64,000 nt of DNA, from the NCBI GenBank assembly GCA_009859145.1, contig VRVR01000003.1, positions 469,121 to 533,120 on the forward strand, given 5' to 3'. Below the pieces are notes generated by a model that made no database searches, was not told the DNA's origin, and saw only the letters and a list, made by a program, of their open reading frames with translations. This document shows positions 39,163-50,182 of the stretch, piece by piece. Each line of letters starts with the position of its first letter. The stretch's first letter is position 1. This stretch comes from Andalucia godoyi And28 (lineage: Eukaryota; Protista; Jakobida). A program made the position numbers and the translations under genes.

Positions 39163-39747
39163 TTACGACGACGACGGCAGCGGCTCTGGCTCCGAGATGG
39201 AAACGACTGTGAATGCGTCTGGATGGGCTCGGACGATCTTGTCTGCGTACTCGGCAACCGGCATCCTGACGGAATGCTGGAGCGAAGCTGCGTTGAAGCA
39301 CACATATGGAAAGTCGGGTGGTGGAGCAAGGACAGCAGGATCGACGAACGTGTGATAGCAGGTCTCGGCAGTCGAAACGGAAGCAGTGCTCGTGCGGGGC
39401 ACCGCGATGCACGTTCCCATTGGTGGAACACAGCCTTTGGTGAGTCCTGTCTGCTGTAGAAGCTCCTCTTCCGTCGCAAACCGCACGGACGCCTTCGACC
39501 CACCGACCTGCTTCCGGAATGCCTTGGAGTCAAACTTGCGACTTGCAGGCAAAACTGCAACGTGAAACACGGGACTTGTGCTCGGCTTCACAGTCACTGC
39601 CAGAAACAGCGCCTTGGCTCCGACTCGCAGCGGCTCACCACGGACACTTGCAGACGCTTCCGACGTCGTCGTCGCCTCATGCTCGGAAACGGTAAACGCG
39701 CACCCATTTTCCTTCAAATACAACAATACCCGTTCGTGCGCGCTCAT
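39163..39747 (-). CDS. YbaK/ProX-family aminoacyl-tRNA deacylase, YeaK (ProXp-y)-like
   Basis: FTVSEHE, VRGEPLRVGAKAL, VAVLPA, FATEEEL..TG...GCVPPMG and FNAA. Confidence 0.85.
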   Translation of the reverse strand: MSAHERVLLYLKENGCAFTVSEHEATTTSEASASVRGEPLRVGAKALFLAVTVKPSTSPVFHVAVLPASRKFDSKAFRKQVGGSKASVRFATEEELLQQTGLTKGCVPPMGTCIAVPRTSTASVSTAETCYHTFVDPAVLAPPPDFPYVCFNAASLQHSVRMPVAEYADKIVRAHPDAFTVVSISEPEPLPSSS

Positions 39748-40048
39748 CTCCACCAGTGCGAACTCGGTGTCACACACCGAGTTTCCTTCATCTTTATTGA
39801 GGAGCAGCAGCATGAATGCGTTTGTCACACAGACTTTGGCCCTCAAAGCACGCGAGGCACGCTGGATAATTTTCTAGCATCACGTGGTGCTACGTTATCC
39901 GCACCTTGCGTTCAGATGACGCGTGGTCTTTTTTTGCGCACGTCTTTTGCAGAAAGAGTGCTTGGCATCATACATATATTTTTTAAATTTAAAATTAATT
40001 TTTTAAAAAGTGTTTGAGGTTTTTCTGGAGTGCAGCCAGCAGGAAGCA

Positions 40049-40528
40049 ATGTCGGGCAAGATATCCGACCGTCTTGCAAAGATGAAGTTTATGCAACGAG
40101 CGAGCCAATCAGAATCGCAGTCACAGTCACGGTCGCAGGAATCGTCTGTCGCCTCGTTGTCGCGAACGTCCGCTACGGTCGCGGAAGAGCACTGGGTGGT
40201 GGAGGGGTACTCGAGGATTGTACAGAGCGCGGTAGCTCCAGCAGTGTCAACATTCGATGAGTATCCAGATGCGCTGTTTGAAGTGCTTCCCGGCCGTCGG
40301 TCTTTTGGCCGCAAGAATCCGGCGGTGGAAAAGGCAATTTCTCGGCTCATTGCTGGCGACACGACAGCCGATGATGTGCTGCCAGTCGATGCGGACGGAG
40401 TCGAGGTGGACGATCAGGAGATGGCGGCACGGTGGATGAAGAGCAGTAGAAAGGCAGACCGCTCGCACTTGGACGTCGAACGCAGCCGCGGGCAGCGGGA
40501 GCGGCCCAACAAGAAGACGAAGAGATGA
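40049..40528 (+). CDS. MPP6: Exosome cofactor MPP6-like
   Basis: ISDRLAKMKFMQRA, EEHWVV, GRRSFGRKNPAVEK and DDQEMAAR. Confidence 0.8.
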   Translation: MSGKISDRLAKMKFMQRASQSESQSQSRSQESSVASLSRTSATVAEEHWVVEGYSRIVQSAVAPAVSTFDEYPDALFEVLPGRRSFGRKNPAVEKAISRLIAGDTTADDVLPVDADGVEVDDQEMAARWMKSSRKADRSHLDVERSRGQRERPNKKTKR

Positions 40529-40935
40529 GCATTTTCTGGTAGTGCGCCGTGGTGTGCGATGACCTTTGTCGCGAATATTGTGGGATTGGGGGTTGTTTTG
40601 TTCTGTTTTGCTGACTGTACATAAAGATCCAGAAAAAAAATATAGAAAAAGAGAAGGAACAGACCAAGCCGAATTGAGAGACTTGCATGCAAAAGAGTAA
40701 AAAGGAGCACGAGAGAGAAACACACACAAACACACAGAGAAAAGAACGGCGACAAGGGGAACGCGACAATTTATTTTGCCAGTGGGCTCAACGCGGAAGG
40801 AGAGCACAACGAAAAAACTGGGATAGTCCTCGGTGCACAGAAGAACTTGCGGATGCAGGCTAAAACAACGAACGGAGAATAATGACAGTTGTTTTTTTTT
40901 GTAGTCTCGGCATCGCGGAGCAGCGTCCGAACAGC

Positions 40936-41013
40936 TTACTTGGAGCGCTGCTTGACTTTTCGGCGCTTGCGCTTCAGGCGGCGCATACGTTTCTTCCTCC
41001 ACTTCTCACGCAT
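40936..41013 (-). CDS. RPL41: Ribosomal protein eL41 (25 aa)
   Basis: MREKWRKKRMRRLKRKRRKVKQRSK*. Confidence 0.95.
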   Translation of the reverse strand: MREKWRKKRMRRLKRKRRKVKQRSK

Positions 41014-41485
41014 TGTTTCTAGAAAACCGTAGTGAAGATGGAGAAAAGGAAGGGGAAGAGGAGGAGGGGAAAAAAAAGAGGAAAAAGAAAAGGAAAAAAA
41101 GAAGGAAGAGACTGTGAAAAACCGTCCAAAGGACTCCCTCGAGAACACAAGAGGGGCAATTCATTTGAAGTTCGGTAGGGTTGCAGATTTGTGGAAATTT
41201 GAAACCGATGAAGGCTCTAGGGTTATCCCATGACAGCCATGACATGGCACTGTTTTCTTTAATGAACGGCTTCTTAATGAGACAGGGTTTTTTTCCTCGG
41301 TAACCCTAGCCCTATTTCCTGCAAGCCAGTTTCCCCCTTTCTCGGTTTTCCGACGGCCCACGCAGAGCATAATCCAATTGACTCTTCTGTTTCTTTTTCT
41401 CCCCTTCTCCCCTTCTCCCTTTTCCCCTTCTTTTCCCCCTTCTTGGATCAGAGCATTTCATTCTCCACACGTAATTTTCATCGAG

Positions 41486-41896
41486 ATGACTTATTCCCGT
41501 TTCATCGAAATTGGACGCCTTGTTGTCTTCACAAACGGTGACAACACCGGAAAGGTTGCAACCATCATTGACATCGTCGATTCGAACCGAGTGATTGTCG
41601 ATGGCCCCTTGTCTGGAGTGAACCGCCAAGTCGTGAACTTGCGCGAGTGTGCAGTGACGGACCTCAAGACCCAGATCCCCCGCAACATCGGATTTTCGAC
41701 TTTGAAGGACATCCTCACCAAGGAGAAGACCGTTGAGAAGTGGAATGCCTCTGCCTGGGCCGCCAAGATCTCCAACCGTGATGCGCGTGCAAACTTGAAC
41801 GATTTCGGTCGCTTCAAGGTTATGGTTGCCCGCAAGACCCGAGCTGCCGCCGTCCAAAAGGAGTTTGTTGCCCTCAAGAAGAAGGCCAAGCTGTAA
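41486..41896 (+). CDS. RPL14: 60S ribosomal protein eL14
   Basis: RFIEIGRLV, GKVATIIDIVDSNRVIVDGP, W..SAWAAK and LNDFGRFKVM. Confidence 0.95.
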   Translation: MTYSRFIEIGRLVVFTNGDNTGKVATIIDIVDSNRVIVDGPLSGVNRQVVNLRECAVTDLKTQIPRNIGFSTLKDILTKEKTVEKWNASAWAAKISNRDARANLNDFGRFKVMVARKTRAAAVQKEFVALKKKAKL

Positions 41897-42121
41897 TCCA
41901 TAGATGAAACCCATTGCTGCGCGAGTGATCCCAAATAAATGTTTACACGTGTATAAAATGGGGAAGAAAAGCTCTTACAAGCCTCCCACACTCCATCGTC
42001 GTCATTCCTTCTTCCGTCCTTTATGCCTTTCTGTGGTTTTTCTTTTTCTTTTTCTTTTCTTTTTGTTTTTGTGCTCTCCTTTCCAAGTTTCCCTCCTCAT
42101 TCCTCAGCAGCAGAATTTGAC

Positions 42122-42712
42122 ATGTCGGCCACCCCAACCAGCCACGGCACCGCCGGCAGTAGCAACACCGTGCTGTCGAATCGTCTGAAGCGCGAGCTGC
42201 AGCAGCTGTCGACGGATCCTCCACCAGGTGTGACTGCGTATCCTGTGGACGATGACATTATGCACTGGCACGCGCAGCTGACGGGCCCAGACTCGTCCGT
42301 CTTTGAAAACGGAAGCTTTGATCTCGACGTCCGCATCCCCGACAGATACCCATTCACCCCGCCGTCTGTCCGTTTCGCGACCCCTGTCTACCACCCTAAC
42401 ATCGACGAAGCGGGTCGCATATGCCTAGATTTGCTCAAGGCCGGCTGGAAGCCAAGCTTGAACCTCGCGACTCTACTTACTAGTATCAGGCTTTTACTCG
42501 TATCTCCCAACTGCGACGATGCTCTCGTTGCTGAAATCGCAAAAGAATACGTCTCAAACAAGGACGCGTACGAAAAAAACGCACGAAAATGGACTGCTAT
42601 GCACGCGGTGAAGCACGTGACCAAGGCACCGTCCGCCACGCGCCAGCCAGCATCTGCAGAGACCATCGAACCGCCAAAAGAAAAGAAGCCCCGGCTGGTC
42701 GGAAAGTCTTGA
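42122..42712 (+). CDS. UBE2T: Ubiquitin-conjugating enzyme E2, UBE2T-like
   Basis: RLKRELQQL, PDRYPFTPP, YHPNIDEAGRICLDLLK with catalytic Cys, WKPSLNLATLLTSI, and a basic C-tail. Confidence 0.8.
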   Translation: MSATPTSHGTAGSSNTVLSNRLKRELQQLSTDPPPGVTAYPVDDDIMHWHAQLTGPDSSVFENGSFDLDVRIPDRYPFTPPSVRFATPVYHPNIDEAGRICLDLLKAGWKPSLNLATLLTSIRLLLVSPNCDDALVAEIAKEYVSNKDAYEKNARKWTAMHAVKHVTKAPSATRQPASAETIEPPKEKKPRLVGKS

Positions 42713-42805
42713 GTTGTTGTGCAGGTTCCTCAGAGTCGCTGCGCAAATGGCGCACAGAAGAACAATCCCATACAAAAGGATACCAAAGTGGCTCGGCTGT
42801 AAGAT

Positions 42806-42810
42806 AGAGA

Positions 42811-42869
<59 letters not shown>

Positions 42870-42876
42870 TGAGAGA
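42806..42876. repeat. (GA)n microsatellite
   Basis: Directly visible, between convergent gene ends. Confidence 0.95.
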
Positions 42877-42877
42877 A

Positions 42878-43072
42878 TCACAATTTTAGCAGGCTGCTTG
42901 TCGCTGTATTGGATCGCAGGATGATTGATGCCCACTTCTGCGTTGCTGCCTCTGTGCTCTGGCAGTGGTCCGCGATAGTGTCTGACAAAATGACAAGCTG
43001 GTCAAGCGTGCTGTTGATTGCGTCTACCTTTTCTTTTGCGTTCGTCGCCCAGACAAGCTCCTTTGCCGACAT
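42878..43072 (-). CDS. Small helical/coiled-coil protein (64 aa)
   Basis: ATG follows an AT-rich leader. Amphipathic sequence MSAKELVWATNAKEKVDAINSTLDQLVILSDTIADHCQSTEAATQKWASII. Confidence 0.5.
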   Translation of the reverse strand: MSAKELVWATNAKEKVDAINSTLDQLVILSDTIADHCQSTEAATQKWASIILRSNTATSSLLKL

Positions 43073-43923
43073 GTTTCTTTCCTCGCAATGATACAAATTT
43101 AAAATAAAATAAAATAGTAAATGAATTCGTATACGAGATGCAGAAAACGCAAAACAAAACAAAACAGAAAAAAAAAACCGGCGGAAAGGAAAAAAACTCC
43201 TAAGCCTGAAAGGACAGTCCCGCTTTTCAACAACGAAGAGTTTGGGCGGGCTCCGCGTACGACTGCACGATTAAACCTCGTCCATCGCCAACATGGTGCA
43301 AGAAGCACGGCGGATCGTCCGTACTCAGTCTTGCATCGGAAGCGGATGTGAATTCAATCCAGAATGAGGTGTCAGGCCCCCGCCGTATACCAACTTACTT
43401 CCAGTAGACATTGCGCACACCATTCCGATCTCTCGATCCAGACGAGCCGGGCATCGCGGGTGCCGGAAGGCAGAGTCATATGGGACAGGGTGTCCCGCGG
43501 GGTGCACAGCTGTTTCTCCTCTTGGCGCTTTTCTTCATGCAGCGAGAATCGCGGGACGAACGTCTGCCACGCCGTGCACGTCTGCTGCAACAAAAGAAGA
43601 AGAAAAAAAAGACTCGCTTGAGATGCTGGGAAAAGAGGAATTTTTTATACGCAAACTTGAAGTACGGAGAACGCTCGAGTGAACCAAGAACAGGAAGTTG
43701 TATGGCAGACGATGGATCCCTCCCACACACGGGGGGGGGGGGGGGGGAAATCTGAAGAAAGGCAAGTCAACCACCAACGTTGTCAAGCGCATGATGGATA
43801 CCGTCTCCCTCCAACGAAGTAGCACCACCGCCATCACTATTGTTGGGTCCCTTCAAGACAAAAAAAGATCATCTCGTGCAGCGCTGTTGTCGCATACAGA
43901 GTGGGGCGAAAAAGAATAATATA

Positions 43924-44175
43924 ATGTTCAAACTGCAGCAGTTGAATGCTGAAGAGCTGGAGCGTGTGCAAGATGTTATTCTGCGTGTTTTGATGCTTGT
44001 CATACTTGGGGTTGTTGCCGCTGAGCCGCGATTTCTGCTCGCTGTGGGAGCGTTTTTGGGCCAGATTCTGTCCGCAGTCCTATCGTCTTTACATAATCTG
44101 GCTGGACTTCCATTCGCAGCCGTGAGCACACCTGCTGTCTTCCATCATCACTTGCTTCTTGCCACCCAGTCGTGA
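43924..44175 (+). CDS. Small hydrophobic membrane protein (83 aa), uncertain
   Basis: ATG after an A-rich context and two hydrophobic segments. Confidence 0.35.
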   Translation: MFKLQQLNAEELERVQDVILRVLMLVILGVVAAEPRFLLAVGAFLGQILSAVLSSLHNLAGLPFAAVSTPAVFHHHLLLATQS

Positions 44176-44322
44176 GTACGTGCTGGCATCCATACTTTGG
44201 CTTTCCCCCGTCGATGCACCATGCCTCGTCTTCTGTGCATATTTTACAACGATTCTTGACCTCGGTTGTCTGCGTTTTATACCCCCTCCCCCTCTTCTTC
44301 TTTCTCCCTTCCTGCATGTCGA

Positions 44323-45150
44323 TTACAGATAGGACAAGCTGATGCCTCCTTGGGTCATCCAGGCACCACCGTCAACAACGAGGGTAGAGCCCGAGACGAA
44401 CGCTGCGGCATCCGAGCACAAGTACAGCGATGCCAGAGCAATGTCCTCGTTGCATCCAAAACGAGTAAGAGGAGTCATTTTCTGCAAATCCTCGCTCATC
44501 TTGTCGGGAAGGAGTCGCTTGAAGCCCTCTGTGGACGCAATGGCACCCGGTGCCACCGAGTTGACTCGCACATTCGCGAGTTTTCCCCACTCTACGGCCA
44601 AATGCTTGGTCAACCCGTCGATTGCAGACTTTGCCGCACCGGCATGTGCCTGCATGGGCATTCCTGTATAGTGCAGATTCATCGAGATGTTCAGAATGAC
44701 TCCTGATTTTTGCTTGATAAACGCCTTGTTCATGACCGACTGGCTCATCAGGAATGTTCCCACGGTGTCGATTTCCATGACAGTGCGGAATGCTCGCGCA
44801 GAGATCTTGTGTGCCGGCACAAGGAAGTTTCCAGCAGCGCCGTTCACAAGGATGTTGATGCGTCCGTGCGCGGAAACCACGGCAGAAACAGCCTTTTCGA
44901 TTTGTTCTTGCTCCCGGACATCACACACCTGGTATGAGATGCGAGAACTGGAGTTTGGAACTTGGGAAGCAAGAAGCTTCGTGGCCGACTGCAGTTTGTC
45001 TTCTGTTCTGGACATGATCACACACGTTGCTCCGTGCTCGAGGAAACACTTGGTGATGCCGAGGCAGATGCCGCTCGCGCCTCCCGTGATAATGCACACC
45101 TTTCCAGAAAGTGCTGTCGGCGAAAACACGTCCACTGGTGCTTTCGACAT
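44323..45150 (-). CDS. DECR2: Peroxisomal 2,4-dienoyl-CoA reductase (SDR)
   Basis: ITGGASGICLGI, LVNGAAGNF, HAGAAKSAIDGLTKHLAVEWG and VSGSTLVVDGG. Confidence 0.9.
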   Translation of the reverse strand: MSKAPVDVFSPTALSGKVCIITGGASGICLGITKCFLEHGATCVIMSRTEDKLQSATKLLASQVPNSSSRISYQVCDVREQEQIEKAVSAVVSAHGRINILVNGAAGNFLVPAHKISARAFRTVMEIDTVGTFLMSQSVMNKAFIKQKSGVILNISMNLHYTGMPMQAHAGAAKSAIDGLTKHLAVEWGKLANVRVNSVAPGAIASTEGFKRLLPDKMSEDLQKMTPLTRFGCNEDIALASLYLCSDAAAFVSGSTLVVDGGAWMTQGGISLSYL

Positions 45151-45160
45151 TTATTAAAAA

Positions 45161-45202
45161 CACAGACACAGACACACAGACACAGACACACAGACACACA
45201 CA

Positions 45203-45253
<51 letters not shown>
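45161..45253. repeat. Compound (CACAGA)n/(CA)n/(CT)n microsatellite
   Basis: Directly visible, immediately upstream of the DECR2 ATG. Confidence 0.95.
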
Positions 45254-45258
<5 letters not shown>

Positions 45259-45674
45259 TAATTGACTCTTTTCCAAATGAAATAACAGCAAAACAGTCAA
45301 TCAAATGAAAGCACAGAAGACAGAATAGAAGATCGGCTCCTCCATTTCAATGCGCAGATGGAAGCCGATGGTACAGCAGGCGGCGGTCGCAGTCCCCGAC
45401 GCAAAAAATGTTTGAAAACCTCCGACGGCGACTCGACAGGCGAGGCATGAAGGAGTCGCATGACTGTCGTCTTTTCTTCCGACCACCTTCTCCGCCACAA
45501 AGAGCCATCATCGATGCATGATCCGACACACTCACGTCCTCTTCCCTTCCTTTCTTCGAGTCTTTTAATTTTAATGTTAATTTTAATTTTAATTTATATA
45601 TATATAGATATATATATATATATATATATAAGTTTCTTTCCGCTTCTGCATTGCTGGTGAACAGGAATTTCGGA

Positions 45675-48041
45675 ATGTCGTACAAGTGTCCTGCTGGCCA
45701 GGACTGCTTTGGCAAACAGATTTGCTCGGGCGTTGTGGCGCCGTGCACTCGTGGTCTGTACTGCCCGGGATTCACGATCGTGAATGGAAGCTTAGTTTCA
45801 GGCGCTTTTCCGGACCTCTGTCCAAAGGGAAGCTACTGCCCCAACACTGCGCAAAAGTCAAACTGCCCTTCAGGATACTTTTGCCCAGCAGGAACGTCTT
45901 CTCCACGAGAGTGTTCCCCGTTTGCGCTGTGTCCTGCTGGTTCTTACTATCCCCAAGGTTACCTCGGTGCGCTTCTCTCGCTCTTTATTCCGCTGATTGT
46001 CCTGGGGGCAGTGTTTGTGTACTCACACTTCAGAGATTCGCGACGCCAACAGCGCGAGAAACAGCGAAAGACAATGAACCTCGGGTCGGGCTCTGCCATG
46101 AGTCAGTCTCTGCTGGCTTCAGAATCGCACGATTCAGAGGTGGACTCGTCTGGATTGCGAAATGTTGCCGCAGATGTTCCTGCGAATATGAATATTCGAT
46201 TCGACCATGTGAATTACCACGTGAGTGGCGGGAAGAAGATTATGCAGGACGTGTCTGCCGTAATTCGCGGAGGCCGATGCACGTGCATTATGGGACCATC
46301 CGGTGCCGGAAAGACCACCTTCTTGTCGGCACTCATGGGAAAAATTACACCGTCTTCCGGACGGATTTTGTTCAACGGACACGAGTCGACCGGATCTGCG
46401 TTCCGATCCGTGGTTGGCTACGTGCCCCAAGACGACAATATGATCCGAATCCTGACGCCAAAGGAGACGCTCCTGTACTGTGCAGCGTACAGACTTCCGC
46501 CTGGCACGTCCCCGGAAAAACGCGTTCAGATCGTGAATGCGACGCTTGCGGAACTGGGATTGACGCATGTTCGACACGTGTTCATCGGAGACGAGGTTAC
46601 CCGGGGCATTTCTGGAGGCCAGCGGAAGAGGGTGAACATCGGAATGGAAATGGTGTCAAACCCGCTGCTCCTGTTCCTCGACGAGCCGACGACTGGTCTT
46701 GACTCCACTGCCTCTCTCGAAGTTGTTGAGGCTCTGGTGCGGATTGCATCTACCGGCAGAGTTGTCGCTACAGTCATTCATCAGCCGCGCGCGGAATCCT
46801 TCCTGCGGTTTGATGATCTCATCTTGCTCGCGAAGGGAGGATTTGTGGCGTATGCAGGCCCGGTGCAATCTGCAGTTGCATATTTTGAACAGCTGGGATA
46901 TGCTCTTCCGGAAAATTGCAATCCTGCAGATTTTGTCATGGACGTTGTTTCTGGAAAAATCGCGCGCAACAAGGGCAACAGCGAGGAGCCTTTGACTCCT
47001 GAGGAGCTGTCGACGGCGTGGACACAGTACTCCAAGGACAAGAAGCTCCACAACCGCATCCATGCGACTGCAGGAGGAGCAGCAGCAGCAGTCTCGGTGT
47101 ACGAGACTGAGGATGACGATATGAATGTTGTTGGAGAGCCAGTCCGAACTCGCAAGCTACCGAACTTTCTCGCACAGTTTGTGACCTTTTCTCGACGAGC
47201 CATGGTTCAGATGCTGCGTGACCAGCGGTCTTTGCTGATTGCGTCTTTTATTCAGTTTATTGGCGGTTTTCTGATTGGCGAGGCATCCACCCCAAGCCAG
47301 GGCCCCATTTACCTTCCACCAGTAGGTGGCGCCATTGCAGCATACCAGTGTCCGTTTATTATCCGCGATCGCTGCATCAACGAACCCGTGAACCAGGATC
47401 CGCTGATGGTGAACATCTTTTATCTGTCGATGGCATGCGGAGTTGCCGCTGTTTCGCGCGCCGTTGCAACGTTTGGCGACGAGAAGAATGTCATTCGCCG
47501 AGAATACGGCACTGGACGGTCTACGACTGCCTATGCGCTTTCCAAAATGCTGGTTGACCTGCCTCTTATTTTGTATGGCTCCTTGCTCTTCTGCTCAGTG
47601 TTTATGGCTCTTTGCTTGCCCTCAGGATCGTTTGGTGGATATTTCATTGCCTTCTTTGGCATGCAGTTTGCCGCCGCTGGATTTGGCTACTTTGTTTCTG
47701 TCATCGCATCCACCGACAATGCCATGGTCATTTCCATTGTGTCTTCAATTTCCTTTGCGATTTGCTCCGGCTGGAGACCCACTTTGAAACAGGTGGGGGA
47801 CTCGTTCCCGTTCCTTGAGTGGTTGTGGGCGCTGTCCTATGCTCGATGGGGCGGCGAAGCGATCTACATCAACGAAGTCGAGGCATACAGCGGCGATTAC
47901 TACGTGCAGGGTGGATACGATCTTGTGGGATACAAGGACAACATGTTTGGCGTGGACATCTTCCTGCTGTTCCTGCTTGGTGTTGCATGGCGATTTGTTG
48001 CTGTCGTTGCCATGCACTTCACCCTCAAACAGCGAAGCTAA
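45675..48041 (+). CDS. ABCG half-transporter with N-terminal Cys-rich CPxGxYCP repeats
   Basis: Walker A GPSGAGKTT, signature ISGGQRKRV, Walker B LLFLDEPTTGLD, IHQP, and a C-terminal TMD. Confidence 0.92.
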   Translation: MSYKCPAGQDCFGKQICSGVVAPCTRGLYCPGFTIVNGSLVSGAFPDLCPKGSYCPNTAQKSNCPSGYFCPAGTSSPRECSPFALCPAGSYYPQGYLGALLSLFIPLIVLGAVFVYSHFRDSRRQQREKQRKTMNLGSGSAMSQSLLASESHDSEVDSSGLRNVAADVPANMNIRFDHVNYHVSGGKKIMQDVSAVIRGGRCTCIMGPSGAGKTTFLSALMGKITPSSGRILFNGHESTGSAFRSVVGYVPQDDNMIRILTPKETLLYCAAYRLPPGTSPEKRVQIVNATLAELGLTHVRHVFIGDEVTRGISGGQRKRVNIGMEMVSNPLLLFLDEPTTGLDSTASLEVVEALVRIASTGRVVATVIHQPRAESFLRFDDLILLAKGGFVAYAGPVQSAVAYFEQLGYALPENCNPADFVMDVVSGKIARNKGNSEEPLTPEELSTAWTQYSKDKKLHNRIHATAGGAAAAVSVYETEDDDMNVVGEPVRTRKLPNFLAQFVTFSRRAMVQMLRDQRSLLIASFIQFIGGFLIGEASTPSQGPIYLPPVGGAIAAYQCPFIIRDRCINEPVNQDPLMVNIFYLSMACGVAAVSRAVATFGDEKNVIRREYGTGRSTTAYALSKMLVDLPLILYGSLLFCSVFMALCLPSGSFGGYFIAFFGMQFAAAGFGYFVSVIASTDNAMVISIVSSISFAICSGWRPTLKQVGDSFPFLEWLWALSYARWGGEAIYINEVEAYSGDYYVQGGYDLVGYKDNMFGVDIFLLFLLGVAWRFVAVVAMHFTLKQRS

Positions 48042-49264
48042 ATGCATTGCGAGCAAATGATTCGCATGATCGGTTTTCGACGAACTACGTATATAAACGA
48101 CACCGGCGCAATTCTTTCCATCCCCCTGATTGCCTCTCTGTGCGTCTGTGCGTGCATGCGTGCGTGCGTGTGCGTGCAGTGTGCTTTTTCGTCCTTTTCC
48201 GCAGAATACTTGGCGAAAGCTTCTGTAGTGCTTCCTTTGCCCCCCCCTCCAGAGGAAGGGGGGAGCGCAAGCGCTCAAGCGGGATGCCTCGGAAGCGTTT
48301 TGTGTTTGCTGCGATCTTGTATTGAACGTTACAACTTGGGGAGCACCGTCGTCCATCCGAAAACTCCTGGATGGTCGCACGGAGATGCGGACCCATACTG
48401 CTGGTCGCATCGCTGCGAGAATGGAGTTCCAACAGATTTCAGGTTTGTGAAGGATCCTTCCATAAATGGATGTTCTGAAGGGATGTGATGTGCGACAATG
48501 CCGCTGCACCCCACGCCACCCCAGAGGCAATCGGACAATTTGTCATTCGACGGGGATGTCACTTTCGTCACTGTCTCCGACACTGACATAACCGATCGAA
48601 CAAAAGCACGCGTTTTTTCGAAGAGACCCAATGATTCGGTCCTATCCGTTCGCACTCGATCTTCACAGCCTGTTTTTTTCTCCCTCCAATTGGCACTTCT
48701 TTTTGTGTTTCCGTCGTTCTTCGTTTCTCCATTCTTCGCATTGTCGTTGTTCTGGCTGCATTCGTCGTTGCAACTTTTGCCGTTCCTTGCGCCCCTGTGA
48801 TTGAAACTCACGCTGACTTCATTTTTGAAGACACCGTAAACTCGCTGTATATACACACGCACACACACACACACACACACATCCCGATTCTTCAAAGACA
48901 TTTTCTATTCGCGTTGGTTCGTCGCTGCAGTTATCACACAATTCATGATTCGCTTTTCCGCTTGTCCCATCTAACATCCACAAAACACACTGCCATTTTC
49001 CAACAAAATCTGGTTTGATATATTCAGAATCAATAATTTCCCGTCTGCTTTTTAAACACGGAGGAAAAAGAGACCCAGAGCCTTGCAATTTGGATTCACC
49101 AACCACCAACCAATAACTGGAAAGAGAGCACATTCCGTGGAAGAAATTTATCGGATTTGGTTCTTCTTTCGCTGCCGACGGTCTTGGTTGTGGAGGGTTT
49201 GATTTGATTGTTTGCACAGATTAAAGCATAGGTGGGGAGTTGGGAAACACACAAGGACGAAGGA

Positions 49265-50182
49265 ATGTCACTATTTCCACCCCTCTGTGGGTCATTTCCT
49301 CTCGGTCTTCCCGGGGAATCGTTTTCGCATTCGTTTTCCTGTTCGATGAAGCTGCATGCCATCGCTGATTGCAACCATCCGTTCAAGTCGCACCATCGCT
49401 CTGGGACGCTGTTTCTTTCGCATTTGCGCGCTGTGTTCATTGCATCCTCGATAGATCGCTTTTCTGTGGCAATTCCTCTAGTTCTCATTTACCAGTGTGC
49501 ACTCAAAGACCCGATTTTGCGGAAAAAGTTTGTGGTGGGACTTGTGCGTACCGTGGAGGGCCAAGGACTGATGGGCAACGCACGGTTCAAGATTGAGTGC
49601 GAAACCTCGATCGAATCCCAGAAGATGTATGCAACAATGATGATGCTTGTCAAGCATGCACAAGCGCGAGGAGACTCGGTTGCGCTGTTTCAACAAACGC
49701 ACCGTGTGAGTACAGGTACACGATTCGCGATGGGGGACGACTCGGACATGCGAGGGTCTGCACTTCGGCCAACAGGGTCTTCCGGGTCCTCTGGTTCTTC
49801 CGGGTCTACTGGCTCTCTGGGGTCGTCGTCCGAAGTTGAGCCTCTTGCACAGTCGCAAACACAATCGCAAACACAATCGCAAACACAATCGCAATCGCAG
49901 TCGCAATCATTGTCCCGCTCACAGTCTCTACCGCACACACAAACTCAGTCATACATGCAATCGCAAGGACAACCACAGGGAATGATGTCCACTACTGTTT
50001 ACTTCCAGGATGCTTTCAGACCAACCGATGTTCCGCGAGGGGTAGTTGCTGTTCAGGGTCCCGTTCCATTCATGACGATATCCCCAGCAATGTCTCCGAC
50101 GTATGAAGCCGAGGGCAGCGGGACCGAAGGGAAAGCCTACTATGATCCCGCGAATCCCAATCAACTATTTCTACCTGCCTGA
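49265..50182 (+). CDS. WBP2-like GRAM/PH-domain protein
   Basis: GTLFLSHLRAVF, IPLVLIYQCALKDPILRKKFVVG, GNARFKI and terminal AYYDPANP resemble WBP2. An internal QSQT repeat is present. Confidence 0.7.
   Translation: MSLFPPLCGSFPLGLPGESFSHSFSCSMKLHAIADCNHPFKSHHRSGTLFLSHLRAVFIASSIDRFSVAIPLVLIYQCALKDPILRKKFVVGLVRTVEGQGLMGNARFKIECETSIESQKMYATMMMLVKHAQARGDSVALFQQTHRVSTGTRFAMGDDSDMRGSALRPTGSSGSSGSSGSTGSLGSSSEVEPLAQSQTQSQTQSQTQSQSQSQSLSRSQSLPHTQTQSYMQSQGQPQGMMSTTVYFQDAFRPTDVPRGVVAVQGPVPFMTISPAMSPTYEAEGSGTEGKAYYDPANPNQLFLPA

Noticed and set aside
43270-43310. VHRQHGARS as another RuvC-III relic
   Set aside because: The match is too short, lacks DRD, and is not followed by the shared right-end sequence.
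48085-48901. Several 100-190 aa ORFs between ABCG and WBP2-like genes
   Set aside because: Overlapping frames on both strands that include microsatellite translation and have no recognisable motif. A real small gene cannot be excluded.
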